Positions 34,850 through 43,890 of a stretch of 45,774 nucleotides of DNA are shown here, piece by piece. Position 1 is the first letter of the stretch. Every line of letters starts with the position of its first letter. A model generated the notes under the pieces. The model was not told the origin of the DNA, made no database searches, and saw only the letters and a list, made by a program, of their open reading frames with translations. The position numbers and the translations under genes were made by a program. Source of the DNA: a phage; the sequence record PZ349761.1; one strand, 5' to 3'.

Positions 34850-36844
34850 ATGTTGCCTATCGAGAAGCTGGTTGCCAACTTCGATAAAGAAAGAATCAAA
34901 CAGATTCAGAAAGACTATCAGTTTGGAGAGATAACCCCTTACGAATTCCAGTGCGTGACATTTGATGCAATCGGAAAGGCTATTGGCAAGTACGAGGCAC
35001 CATTTATCGCAGACCTTTCAGTATCTGCGGGTAAGACAATCATCCTGGCTATGATTGGTAAGCGCATGGAGCAGCTTGGGCTTCCTTATATGGTTCTTTC
35101 TCGCCAGTCAGAGATAATTAGCCAGAACTCAGAAGAGCTTCGTAATTTCGGCATCCGTAATAGCGTCTATTGCGCTGGCCTTAACGTCAAATCAGTTTAC
35201 TACCCAACTATAGTGGCCAGTGAGGGTACGGCAGCCAACGGCTTGTTTAAGGGGCTTGGTGACTATGTTCCGGCAGTTATCGCTATAGATGAGTGTCACA
35301 TGGTCGATCACATGGATATCGTGGAGGCTGAAGAGAATGAAGAAACATTTGAGCAAATGAGCACAAAGAAAGGCGATATGGTTTTTAAGGATGGCGTAAA
35401 CACAGGATTGCTTGGTACTGGTCGTGCGCAGTACACGCTAATTATCACCGAGATGAAACGTCGTTGTCGTGAGAAGTACGGGCGTGAGCTTCGTATATTC
35501 GGTCTTACTGGCAGCCCGTATCGTAACAACGATCATATCGTCGTTAGCAACCCAAACATCCGTGGATTCTGGCGCAAAACAGTGATTCAGGTGCCAACAA
35601 ATTATCTGGTTGATTTGGGCTTCGTGGTTCCTACTGTTTATGGTGAAGTTGGTGACCTGGGTTATGACCTTAGTGAGTTTGCGCCAGACGGAAGCGATGG
35701 CGTTAAAGACTTCAGCAAGAAAGAAATGGATGCAATGGCTGCAAAGATTCACGACAACCAATCAATGACCCAAAAGATAATGGGTTTTGTTGTGAAAATA
35801 CTCGAGACTCGTAACGCTGCATTGGTAACATGCGCTGGCAAACTCCATTGTGATGAGGCTGCTGCGGCACTACCAGATGGATACCCTTACGCCATCATCA
35901 CAGACTCTACGAGAGAGAGGAAGCGCAGGGAGATTCTGGCTGATTGCCAGACAGGTAAGTACAAAATAATATTCCAGATTGGTTGTCTTACTACGGGCGT
36001 AAACCAGCCGCTGTGGGATACTAGCGTCATACTACGCAAGATTGGCAGCCTAACGCTTATGATTCAGCTTCTTGGTAGGGGGATGCGCAAACTTAAGAGA
36101 TCTCATATTGATGCTGGTTTTCATAAAGAAGATCACCTTGTGCTGGATTTTGCTGGCGCACTTGATGATATGGCTGAGCTTTACTTTGACCCAATTATTG
36201 AAGAGATTCAGGCTGAGAAGTTTAAATCCTCAAGAAAAGGTGGCGATGAGGTTCGTCAGTGTCCGCAATGTGGATATGAAAATTCCCCATTCGCTCGTCG
36301 ATGTAGCAATAAGATTGATGGCGTTAGATGCGATTACTTTTTCCAGTTCACAACATGTGAGGATATCACGGACCCTCAGACGAAAGCTATTATTAAAAAG
36401 GGTTGTGGCGCTCGCAATGACATAGCAGCAAAGGTTTGCAGGGAATGCGGCGAGATGCTTAAAGACCCAAATGCTAACCTGACTGGCAAAATGTATCGTC
36501 GTGGTGATTACCTTCGTGTTTATGATTTTCAAGTTGGGTTAAGTAAGAATCAGACAGGAATTGTAGTTAAGTACAATATAATGGCTCATAACGGAGAGAG
36601 ATTTAACGCTTGGGAGTTCTTTAATCCAGAATCAGACCATCGAGTTTGCAGTGTGCTCTGGAAGAACTTTTGCTTAGCTCATATTGAGAATCGCACGGAA
36701 GCGGCACGAATTGGCAGGCTTAAAAATGCCAGAATGATTATGACTAACGTAGATAAGTTCCGTGCGCCAGTTCAGGTTACGCATCGCCGGAATGCAAAAG
36801 GAAAGGACGTGATAGCGTTTAAGAATTTTGGAGAATTATTATGA
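34850..36844 (+). CDS. SF2 DNA helicase with C-terminal zinc ribbon
   Basis: Walker A SAGKT, DECH box (AIDECHM), Cys pairs CPQCGY..C..C near C-terminus. Confidence 0.8.
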   Translation: MLPIEKLVANFDKERIKQIQKDYQFGEITPYEFQCVTFDAIGKAIGKYEAPFIADLSVSAGKTIILAMIGKRMEQLGLPYMVLSRQSEIISQNSEELRNFGIRNSVYCAGLNVKSVYYPTIVASEGTAANGLFKGLGDYVPAVIAIDECHMVDHMDIVEAEENEETFEQMSTKKGDMVFKDGVNTGLLGTGRAQYTLIITEMKRRCREKYGRELRIFGLTGSPYRNNDHIVVSNPNIRGFWRKTVIQVPTNYLVDLGFVVPTVYGEVGDLGYDLSEFAPDGSDGVKDFSKKEMDAMAAKIHDNQSMTQKIMGFVVKILETRNAALVTCAGKLHCDEAAAALPDGYPYAIITDSTRERKRREILADCQTGKYKIIFQIGCLTTGVNQPLWDTSVILRKIGSLTLMIQLLGRGMRKLKRSHIDAGFHKEDHLVLDFAGALDDMAELYFDPIIEEIQAEKFKSSRKGGDEVRQCPQCGYENSPFARRCSNKIDGVRCDYFFQFTTCEDITDPQTKAIIKKGCGARNDIAAKVCRECGEMLKDPNANLTGKMYRRGDYLRVYDFQVGLSKNQTGIVVKYNIMAHNGERFNAWEFFNPESDHRVCSVLWKNFCLAHIENRTEAARIGRLKNARMIMTNVDKFRAPVQVTHRRNAKGKDVIAFKNFGELL

Positions 36845-37260
36845 AGATTACAGATAAAGAAGATTACATTGAGTTTTACCCTGGTCCGGTTAAGTCATGC
36901 CCTAAAGAGGATGACGAACAAATCTTTTGCTCTGATTGGGTTAAGTATAACTACCCAGATATGGTATTTTTCCATTGCGTGAATGAGGGAAAGAAAACCA
37001 TTGGTCAAGCAAGAAAAGACCAGGCTAAGGGGCTTCTAAAAGGCGTATCAGACTGTATGTTTCTTATTCCTGAATCACTTCGAGGTAAGTATCCTTTCGG
37101 AGCTATAGAGCTAAAGAGGGCTGGCAAAACTCAAGCAAGTCCAGTCAGCGAAGAACAGAAGGCATTCCTGAAAAGTGTAATGGAATCAGGCGGTTTCTCG
37201 GCAGTCGCCTACGGACGCGAGGGTTTTCTGGCAGCATTTAAAGAAATGATTTCAAAATAG
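36841..37260 (+). CDS. VRR-NUC-type nuclease domain protein
   Basis: D..E.K pattern (SDCMF..GAIELKRAGK); ATGA overlap with helicase. Confidence 0.55.
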   Translation: MKITDKEDYIEFYPGPVKSCPKEDDEQIFCSDWVKYNYPDMVFFHCVNEGKKTIGQARKDQAKGLLKGVSDCMFLIPESLRGKYPFGAIELKRAGKTQASPVSEEQKAFLKSVMESGGFSAVAYGREGFLAAFKEMISK

Positions 37261-37274
37261 CACGAATTGCTAAA
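37257..37274 (+). promoter_or_regulatory. conserved palindromic box ATAGCACgaattGCTAAA
   Basis: TAG stop inside box; TATTAT 37295-37300; CATCGAAACGA 37306-37316; ATG 37339. Confidence 0.6.
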
Positions 37275-37338
37275 GACGAATCGGTGAGGTGGTGTATTAT
37301 CACTTCATCGAAACGAAACAGAAAGAGAGAGAAACAAA

Positions 37339-37542
37339 ATGGCTACTATCTACACTGGAAAATTCTACGAATCACGCAAAACTGGTTATATGTATGAACT
37401 GGCAATAACAACAAGCGTTGGATATATACTGATTGATGTTGATGATAAGTCTTACGCATTCGAAGTTAGTCCAACCTACAAAGATGATTTAGAAACTGTT
37501 AAAAACGCATTTGGCGAAAAATTTGATGAGGTGTCAGAATGA
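37339..37542 (+). CDS. hypothetical small protein (67 aa)
   Basis: ORF with cassette promoter. Confidence 0.45.
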   Translation: MATIYTGKFYESRKTGYMYELAITTSVGYILIDVDDKSYAFEVSPTYKDDLETVKNAFGEKFDEVSE

Positions 37543-37697
37543 GAGAGGCAATCGTAAACTGGAAAACTGGAGAGGATTCAAAATTCCTCTTCAATACATT
37601 CACGCAATACATTGACAAGTTTGTTTTCGTAATTGATGGTGGATGTGAGGTTGTTGTGCCTATTAAGCTAATTGATGGATTGGGGGTTACGGAGTAA
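37539..37697 (+). CDS. hypothetical small protein (52 aa)
   Basis: ATGA overlap; read by eye. Confidence 0.35.
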   Translation: MREAIVNWKTGEDSKFLFNTFTQYIDKFVFVIDGGCEVVVPIKLIDGLGVTE

Positions 37698-37918
37698 TGA
37701 AAAAATTAACTTTTGATAAGCAATGGGAGCTATTTCAGGCAATGGCAGCTCAGGAGTTGACTAAGGCTGGATATAAACATGATGTTTGGGATTTGGCGTG
37801 GTGCCTTGATTATAGTTTTGAAGAAGACTACCTGAACACTGATATTGAAACATGGCGCGACCGCATGGTTGCTGATATCGAAGAAATGAAGAAAGATTGC
37901 CAGGAGGATTTCTTATGA
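37697..37918 (+). CDS. hypothetical small protein (73 aa)
   Basis: ORF overlapping upstream stop (TAATG). Confidence 0.45.
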   Translation: MKKLTFDKQWELFQAMAAQELTKAGYKHDVWDLAWCLDYSFEEDYLNTDIETWRDRMVADIEEMKKDCQEDFL

Positions 37919-38115
37919 TTAATAATAGACCGTTCGTTGTTACGTTTAAGCCAAGAAACAACACCCCACGGATGGATATTGATGAGTACCTTCTGAAACG
38001 AGGAAATAGCTATTTTGTTCTTGAAATTTCCGCAGACTCAGATAGGTATATAGTCAAAAACGATGCGGGTATTGTTGTTAGTGTTTCAAAATTGGATGTG
38101 GAGATTGTGAGATGA
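37915..38115 (+). CDS. hypothetical small protein (66 aa)
   Basis: In-frame ATG with ATGA overlap inside track ORF 37897-38115. Confidence 0.45.
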   Translation: MINNRPFVVTFKPRNNTPRMDIDEYLLKRGNSYFVLEISADSDRYIVKNDAGIVVSVSKLDVEIVR

Positions 38116-38306
38116 TTAATGCAACTTGTGTAAAAGCAAATGGTTCCTTTACTCTACTTGAAGATTACGAAATTATCTTTAATTCAGATGGTGCAATAAC
38201 AGTATTAAGCGATGATGGATGCTATTGGTTCGTTAGTTATCAAGGTGATGGGTATTACGGGTGTAGAGATTCGAATGGAAAAGAAGTTAGCTTCTTAGTT
38301 GAATAG
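38112..38306 (+). CDS. hypothetical small protein (64 aa)
   Basis: ATGA overlap; stop TAG in box. Confidence 0.45.
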   Translation: MINATCVKANGSFTLLEDYEIIFNSDGAITVLSDDGCYWFVSYQGDGYYGCRDSNGKEVSFLVE

Positions 38307-38320
38307 CACTTTTTGTTAAA
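38303..38320 (+). promoter_or_regulatory. conserved box variant ATAGCACtttttGTTAAA
   Basis: TAG stop inside box; AT-rich -10 about 38341-38347; ATG 38377. Confidence 0.5.
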
Positions 38321-38376
38321 ACTCAAATCCACGTATGGATTATATTAAGCACATCAACAACACATAGGATTAAGAG

Positions 38377-38502
38377 ATGAAAATTGTAGACAGAGAGATG
38401 TTTGAGATCGCACAGATATACGCAAATGATGCTGTAAAAACTGGCTCTTATTATTGCTGGATGTGCGCTAAAGAATACCTGAAAATGGCCTACGGCTTAT
38501 GA
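38377..38502 (+). CDS. hypothetical micro-protein (41 aa)
   Basis: Short ORF with RBS AAGAG; stop overlaps next ATG. Confidence 0.3.
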   Translation: MKIVDREMFEIAQIYANDAVKTGSYYCWMCAKEYLKMAYGL

Positions 38503-38747
38503 TAGTTGAAACTGGGCGAGCAGCAGTATGGGCGCATTGTGGAGAGGCTGGATTGCAGGATGACATTAAGCAGATATCACGATTCTTTGACATAAAAGAT
38601 ATCAGCGTTGTTTTCAATGGTAAATTCTCATACATGGATGAGCGACCAAGAAAATACGTAAGAGTTAAGCCAGGTGTCAGGATTGATGTTAATGAATTCC
38701 TTAAATCTGAGGGATTCAAGTTTAAGATAACGAAGCCTAAGGATTAA
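38499..38747 (+). CDS. hypothetical small protein (82 aa)
   Basis: ORF from track. Confidence 0.45.
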   Translation: MIVETGRAAVWAHCGEAGLQDDIKQISRFFDIKDISVVFNGKFSYMDERPRKYVRVKPGVRIDVNEFLKSEGFKFKITKPKD

Positions 38748-38749
38748 GT

Positions 38750-39001
38750 ATGTTGGGTTTAGATTTTCAGCCAGAGCATTACGATTTAGTATATGGACAA
38801 AGTGGATCTAAGTTTAGAACGATACCTATTGCTGACTGGTTCCCTCCTGACTATGTTGATGTGAATGCAAAAACTAAAGACGGCAAGTGGGTGCAGATTT
38901 ACTACTCCCCAGCATGCGGAAGCCTTTGCATGGCTGACCTTGATCAGAAATTAGCAATTAGTGCGGAAGTGATAGACTACTGGTTGAAAGAAGTTGAATG
39001 A
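38750..39001 (+). CDS. hypothetical small protein (83 aa)
   Basis: ORF from track. Confidence 0.45.
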   Translation: MLGLDFQPEHYDLVYGQSGSKFRTIPIADWFPPDYVDVNAKTKDGKWVQIYYSPACGSLCMADLDQKLAISAEVIDYWLKEVE

Positions 39002-39084
39002 CGAGCCTAATACTAGTAGCATCGTTACCACTGTTTAGCTTTACCATCTTATACTTTATCGTAATGAATTAAGGAACTTCTATA

Positions 39085-40215
39085 ATGGCAACCGCAAAAA
39101 TCACCAACGAACAATTGCGCGAAGAGTTAGCAAATGGCATGACCAACAAGGCAATCGCAGAGAAGTACGGAATGAACATTCGCAACGTTGAATTGCGTCG
39201 CAGTAAATTAGCTAAACAAGGCGAAGGGCATGGTCGCGATGTAAGCAACTTAATCCCTCAGGGCTATGCAGTTAAAGGCGTCTCCAGCTTAATTGGTGCT
39301 GATGGCGAGATTAAGCAACAGTGGGTTAAATCAGATATCGACAAGGAGAAGCAAGAAGAGATGATGCTTCAGGCAATTCAGGCCCTAACTGATGAGTTGC
39401 CGCGTGAGAAAGTTAAAGCCTTAAGGGTTGGTTTGTTTGAGGACACTTTAAGCCTTTACCCCGTATTCGACCTTCACATTGGCGCAATGGCTCATCATGC
39501 TGAGTGCGGAGAGAATTATAGCACCGAAATCGCTGAACGAGTCCTTAATGACTACTTTGATTATGCGGTTGCAAAAGCCCCTAACTCAAAGAGGGCTGTA
39601 TTGCTGATTGGTGGTGACTTCCTTCACTCTGACGGAATGGAAGCTGTAACTCCAACGAGTAGACATATTCTTGACCAAGATAGCCGCTATCACAAACTTG
39701 TTTACGTAGCAGTGCGAGCAACTCGCCGAGCAATTAGTAGAATGCTTGATAAGCACGCCGAGGTTGAAGTTCAGATTATCCCAGGAAATCACGATCTCTC
39801 AGGTATGATTTGGCTTCGTGCTGCAATGGCAGCTTTCTATATGGATGAGCCTCGAGTTAGTGTTGATACGTCCCCAGCTGCGCTTCACGTAACGCAATTT
39901 GGGAAGACGCTGCTTGGTTACTGCCATGGGCACGAACTCAAAAAGCCTGATACACGACTATCAGCACTGGCTCGTGACCATCGAAAAGCATTTGGTGAAT
40001 CAGAGTATGTTTACACCCATTCAGGCCACTACCACCATCAAACTATTACGGAAGGAAATCTGGGTATTGATGAATCACACGGCCAGCTTGGAGCGAAAGA
40101 TGCGTACAGTGCTAACGGAGGTTATCGCTCTTACCGACAGGCTTCGGTGATAATTTATAGTCCTGAGTTTGGTGAGATTGGACGATTTACTTGCCGACCT
40201 GAAATGTTTAGTTAA
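39085..40215 (+). CDS. calcineurin-like metallophosphoesterase with N-terminal HTH-like domain
   Basis: Ordered motifs DLHIG, GGDFLHSDG, PGNHDL, CHGHE, HSGHYHH match the metallophosphatase signature; N-terminus has helix-turn-helix-like NKAIAEKYGMNIRNV. Confidence 0.6.
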   Translation: MATAKITNEQLREELANGMTNKAIAEKYGMNIRNVELRRSKLAKQGEGHGRDVSNLIPQGYAVKGVSSLIGADGEIKQQWVKSDIDKEKQEEMMLQAIQALTDELPREKVKALRVGLFEDTLSLYPVFDLHIGAMAHHAECGENYSTEIAERVLNDYFDYAVAKAPNSKRAVLLIGGDFLHSDGMEAVTPTSRHILDQDSRYHKLVYVAVRATRRAISRMLDKHAEVEVQIIPGNHDLSGMIWLRAAMAAFYMDEPRVSVDTSPAALHVTQFGKTLLGYCHGHELKKPDTRLSALARDHRKAFGESEYVYTHSGHYHHQTITEGNLGIDESHGQLGAKDAYSANGGYRSYRQASVIIYSPEFGEIGRFTCRPEMFS

Positions 40216-40232
40216 TAGCACTTTTTGCCTAA
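40215..40232 (+). promoter_or_regulatory. conserved box variant ATAGCACtttttGCCTAA
   Basis: Directly after TAA stop; hairpin ATGCCGCA-gaaa-TGCGGCAT, CATAAT 40253-40258, CATCGAAACGAG 40264-40275, ATG 40300. Confidence 0.6.
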
Positions 40233-40299
40233 CGCATGCCGCAGAAATGCGGCATAATTACCACATCGAAACGAGATGAACTAAACGAGGAAACACAAA

Positions 40300-40476
40300 A
40301 TGACTAAAATGATTTATTGCACCAAGAACAACTCCAAGACACTGCCATTTACAGTTAACCAACCGTACAATGCAGAGTACCAGGGTGACGGATACTACAA
40401 GATTTACGGCGACGATATGACGTGGATTTTAGCGCCGATTGATGGTTCGCTGGTTGAATTTATTATCGCAGACTAG
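40300..40476 (+). CDS. hypothetical small protein (58 aa)
   Basis: Short ORF with cassette promoter and RBS ACGAGG; read by eye. Confidence 0.4.
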   Translation: MTKMIYCTKNNSKTLPFTVNQPYNAEYQGDGYYKIYGDDMTWILAPIDGSLVEFIIAD

Positions 40477-40502
40477 CGCATCTAAAACATAGCTTTACAA
40501 GT

Positions 40503-40528
40503 GGGGGGCCTTTTGGCTCCCCTTTTTT
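40503..40528 (+). terminator. rho-independent terminator
   Basis: G-rich/C-rich hairpin followed by T6. Confidence 0.55.
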
Positions 40529-40580
40529 GTGCTTCTTTTCCGAGCAGGGCTGCTGTATCATTCTTTTACTAACTTAAACA

Positions 40581-40823
40581 TTGACAGATAGACAAATGGA
40601 GGATCACATGAGGGAAGTAATCAACGCCGCTACGGCGTCAACTGGAGGGGCAGCGGTAACTGGAGCGGCAACTGGTCAGATGACTATAGCAATAATCAGC
40701 CTTATCGCTTTAATCATTTTTGGTGCGTGGGGTGCTTACTGGAAGTTTAAGGATAGCCAGGCGATTCGGCGCGCTCTTGAATCAGGAGACTTAAAAACAG
40801 CAATCAAGATAAGGAGTAAGTAA
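40581..40823 (+). CDS. holin (pinholin-like, two predicted TMDs)
   Basis: 80 aa; weakly hydrophobic Gly/Ala-rich segment then strongly hydrophobic MTIAIISLIALIIFGAWGAY, charged C-terminus; immediately upstream of endolysin. Confidence 0.55.
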   Translation: MTDRQMEDHMREVINAATASTGGAAVTGAATGQMTIAIISLIALIIFGAWGAYWKFKDSQAIRRALESGDLKTAIKIRSK

Positions 40824-41309
40824 ATGAAGCAGAAGCTGCTAATTAGCGCGGCTACGGCTGCGGCAATATACATCGCAGCGCCGCTTATTGAGCTCGTTGA
40901 GGGTGTGGAGAACAAGCCTTACATGGACATTGCCGGAATCCCTACAGTTTGTTCTGGTATTACTGGTCCTGACGTTGTTTGGGGTAAGACTTACAGCAAT
41001 AGTGAGTGCCGTAACCTGCTGGAGAAACACATCCAGATTCATGCTAAGTATGTTCAGGATGCAGTTACCTACCCAATTGCACCACAGACAAGAGCTGCAT
41101 TAATCAGCTTTAGCTATAACGTTGGCGGCAATGCAATGAGGAAGTCTACCGCTGTAAGGCTAATCAACCAGGGTAAAGTTGAGAAGGGTTGCAACGCTCT
41201 CGGGATGTGGAACAAAGCAAGAGTTAACGGAAAGCTGAAGGTAGTTAAAGGCTTGGTGAATCGCAGGAATGAGGAGATTAAGTTATGTTTAAGTGGATTG
41301 CAGCGTTAG
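40824..41309 (+). CDS. GH24 lysozyme endolysin with N-terminal signal-anchor-release (SAR)-like segment
   Basis: Catalytic triad spacing E-x8-D-x5-T in EGVENKPYMDIAGIPT; N-terminus LLISAATAAAIYIAAPL is Ala/Gly-rich and weakly hydrophobic. Confidence 0.7.
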   Translation: MKQKLLISAATAAAIYIAAPLIELVEGVENKPYMDIAGIPTVCSGITGPDVVWGKTYSNSECRNLLEKHIQIHAKYVQDAVTYPIAPQTRAALISFSYNVGGNAMRKSTAVRLINQGKVEKGCNALGMWNKARVNGKLKVVKGLVNRRNEEIKLCLSGLQR

Positions 41310-41674
41310 TAGTGTGCGTAGCTTTATCTGGATGTTCGGCAACTGATGCACTGACTGGATTGATTGGAAGCAAGCCGGAAGTTACAGCTCAGGTCGGGGC
41401 TGAGAACAACAAGGTTGGCGTTGGGTTAACGAATAAGGTCGATTCCAGCAGCTCCAGTGAAGCCACGGTTAAAGATTCTAAAGTTGGGTCACTTGATAGC
41501 TCAAGCGGGAAAAAGACTGCTGACAACTCTATTAAGGCATCTACAATCACTGCCGAAAAGATTGAGATTACCAACAACGACTCATCCGCGCCTCCATGGA
41601 TTGTAATGGGAGCTATGGGGTTGCTGTTTTTTGTTCCACTTACCGCAATCTTAAGACGCAAAAAAGCCTCCTAA
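41285..41674 (+). CDS. unimolecular spanin (N-terminal lipoprotein signal plus C-terminal TMD)
   Basis: Lipobox LSGC after signal peptide; C-terminal WIVMGAMGLLFFVPLTAIL then RRKKAS; last gene of lysis cassette. Confidence 0.65.
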   Translation: MFKWIAALVVCVALSGCSATDALTGLIGSKPEVTAQVGAENNKVGVGLTNKVDSSSSSEATVKDSKVGSLDSSSGKKTADNSIKASTITAEKIEITNNDSSAPPWIVMGAMGLLFFVPLTAILRRKKAS

Positions 41675-41690
41675 TGGAGGCTATATTTTT
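41661..41690. terminator. bidirectional terminator between lysis cassette and minus-strand genes
   Basis: GCCTCC-taat-GGAGGC hairpin flanked by A-run and T-run. Confidence 0.65.
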
Positions 41691-42024
41691 AGCTAAATAA
41701 CTCGTCGTCAGTCATTGTTCCTATATTCATCATCTCTTTTATGTACTTGCTTTGATACCCGTTAAGCGCCTCGAAGTTAAACTCAAATGGCCTCTTCAAG
41801 CTACCATTGCTAGCAAACTCACCGCACTTACCATCAATGTATCCCATGCTAAGCATCTTCGCGCAGAACTCCTTTGAAGCCGCGCTGCAAAACTCCCTAT
41901 GCGATAATCCTGCCGCCTTACTGAATCTCTGAGAGTCCTTATGCTGGTAGATGAATCGCGCCAAATGCTGTCGCGTGAAAAAGCTGTAAGATTCGCAGAA
42001 CCGGTACAAGTCAAGGATGAACAT
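41689..42024 (-). CDS. hypothetical protein (111 aa)
   Basis: ORF from track with ATG start. Confidence 0.45.
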   Translation of the reverse strand: MFILDLYRFCESYSFFTRQHLARFIYQHKDSQRFSKAAGLSHREFCSAASKEFCAKMLSMGYIDGKCGEFASNGSLKRPFEFNFEALNGYQSKYIKEMMNIGTMTDDELFS

Positions 42025-42116
42025 AATTAACTCCTGAGCACTGCCAAAACAAATAGAAGCATCGAAATTGTTACAACAAAACCAAGTATTATCAGTAGTA
42101 TCGATTCAATCATAAA

Positions 42117-43700
42117 TCACCCCAGCAATCTCGGATTAATGTAAACTTTATCACCAATCAGGCACGTATAGTTTTTCTCATCAAGCATTGGCAGTAAGTG
42201 ATCTTTAATCTTCGTCATCACTCCAGCCTGAGCCTCGAACGGCTTAACCTTTCGCGCCGCTTCATACAGTGAACGAATACCAACTACGCCTTTACCGTTC
42301 TTACCTTGCTTGATTAGTATATCAATCAACTTGTTCATCTCGGCATTGTCTCCAGCGTGACCGGCGGCGTTAGCGGATGACAGGTAAGTCTTGCTAAGTT
42401 CCTGGAAGATAATGACGGCTTCTTGCATCGTATCTAACTCAATTTCTCTCGACTTCTGCGGACTACCACCGTTAGGGTTGAACCAGTTACGCACAGTGTG
42501 AAGTACCGCTGCAATCCTTATTGCCTGTTTATCAAACTTACCCAAAGCGCCGCGCAACATTGTGTGTGAATACTTTCCTCCGTCAGCAAGGTGAGGCTCC
42601 ATCTCCTGGCGTGCTCGGTTGAGATATTTCATTGCAGAGTTACTCACTGTCAGCTTAACATCTTGCTCATTCATTATTTCGTGAACCAAGCGGAAGTAGT
42701 CAGCCTTCAGGCCACCATCAATTGGCTCGTATGTTGAATCTCCATTCTCATCAACAAAAACACGCTCACCCAGGAATGACTTCTCGCGTACAAGCAGAAA
42801 ACGTTCCGACACGCCGATTCCACGAGCGCCCGCGTTCATGATCGCATTTATTGTTTCATCCTGCGCAATTACCGAGATGCAACCCATAGCAACGAAGCTC
42901 ATGTTGTTCTCTGCGTTTGCACGCGCGATAGATACGTTACCCGCATCCCATGCCTTCAGTACAAGCTCGCTGTTCGTTTTCTTTGAGCCATCACCATAGG
43001 TCATGCCCAGAAGTGAGTTCACGCTCGTTGCCTCGTCAGAGATAACAGCGAAGTTTCCCTGGCGATTGTTGATTCTGGCTAGACCTTCAGGTGTTGTATC
43101 GGACACGGGGAATACTATGTCACAAAGTTTCTCTAGCTTTTCCTCAAGTTCCTCTTTCTCCTCAAAAAGTGAGGCCATCTCTGATGGTGACTTTTCCTGC
43201 TTCATCTCCTTGGATAATGCAGATAGTTTAGCCATTATTTTCTTGCGCTCGCGCTTTCGCACTTCATTAAGCCGCTCAGTCTCAGCGATCATTGGAGCAA
43301 TAGAAAGTGAGTTGATTGCTGATTTACCAGTCGATGGCGGCTGGCTTGTTACGACGTACAGCGAGGTTGGTTGCTGAGTCCCGTGATATTCAACAGTAAA
43401 TCGTCCAAGCATGGCGGCAGAAATACACCCCAGAAAGTGCATGTATGCGGATGACTCTGGAAACTGGACCGAACGAGCAATATTGGCTGAAAGTTTGCCA
43501 ACAACATCAATATCATTACCGAGTGAGATTACTGGATACTTGTCATTTGCCGCATCAATCTCGACAGGAGCTTTCCAGAATGATTGAGACTGACGATAGC
43601 CATTAGCATTAATAGCCACTCGCAGGGGTGGGAGGTTGTCTGCGGCAGCAATTGCCATAACCTGTTCAACAGATAGTTTATCTTCGTTGAAATCAAACAT
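42117..43700 (-). CDS. P-loop NTPase of unknown function (full-length paralogue of 1002-1532)
   Basis: Walker A-like PPSTGKS; N- and C-terminal segments shared with the 176-aa protein at 1002-1532. Confidence 0.6.
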   Translation of the reverse strand: MFDFNEDKLSVEQVMAIAAADNLPPLRVAINANGYRQSQSFWKAPVEIDAANDKYPVISLGNDIDVVGKLSANIARSVQFPESSAYMHFLGCISAAMLGRFTVEYHGTQQPTSLYVVTSQPPSTGKSAINSLSIAPMIAETERLNEVRKRERKKIMAKLSALSKEMKQEKSPSEMASLFEEKEELEEKLEKLCDIVFPVSDTTPEGLARINNRQGNFAVISDEATSVNSLLGMTYGDGSKKTNSELVLKAWDAGNVSIARANAENNMSFVAMGCISVIAQDETINAIMNAGARGIGVSERFLLVREKSFLGERVFVDENGDSTYEPIDGGLKADYFRLVHEIMNEQDVKLTVSNSAMKYLNRARQEMEPHLADGGKYSHTMLRGALGKFDKQAIRIAAVLHTVRNWFNPNGGSPQKSREIELDTMQEAVIIFQELSKTYLSSANAAGHAGDNAEMNKLIDILIKQGKNGKGVVGIRSLYEAARKVKPFEAQAGVMTKIKDHLLPMLDEKNYTCLIGDKVYINPRLLG

Positions 43701-43756
43701 TACTTCTCTCCGTGTTGTTTCTGAGCGGCCATTATAACAACGACCGCTTATAAAGC

Positions 43757-43774
43757 ATTATCAATTTGTGCTAT
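43757..43774 (-). promoter_or_regulatory. conserved box variant (minus strand reads ATAGCACaaattGATAAT)
   Basis: Follows TAA stop of upstream micro-ORF; about 20-nt spacer then TATAAT (plus 43731-43736); ATG of P-loop gene at 43700. Confidence 0.5.
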
Positions 43775-43890
43775 TAATTGTTCTTAATCCACTTTAAACA
43801 CATCCACAATGCAGCCCCATAGAATGCAATCTTAAGAACTTCAGCTAAGACAAGGATAATAAAGTATCCACCACCAAGTAAATCAATCAT
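43774..43890 (-). CDS. hydrophobic micro-protein (38 aa, single predicted TMD)
   Basis: Short ORF with ATGA overlap to upstream gene; read by eye. Confidence 0.3.
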   Translation of the reverse strand: MIDLLGGGYFIILVLAEVLKIAFYGAALWMCLKWIKNN

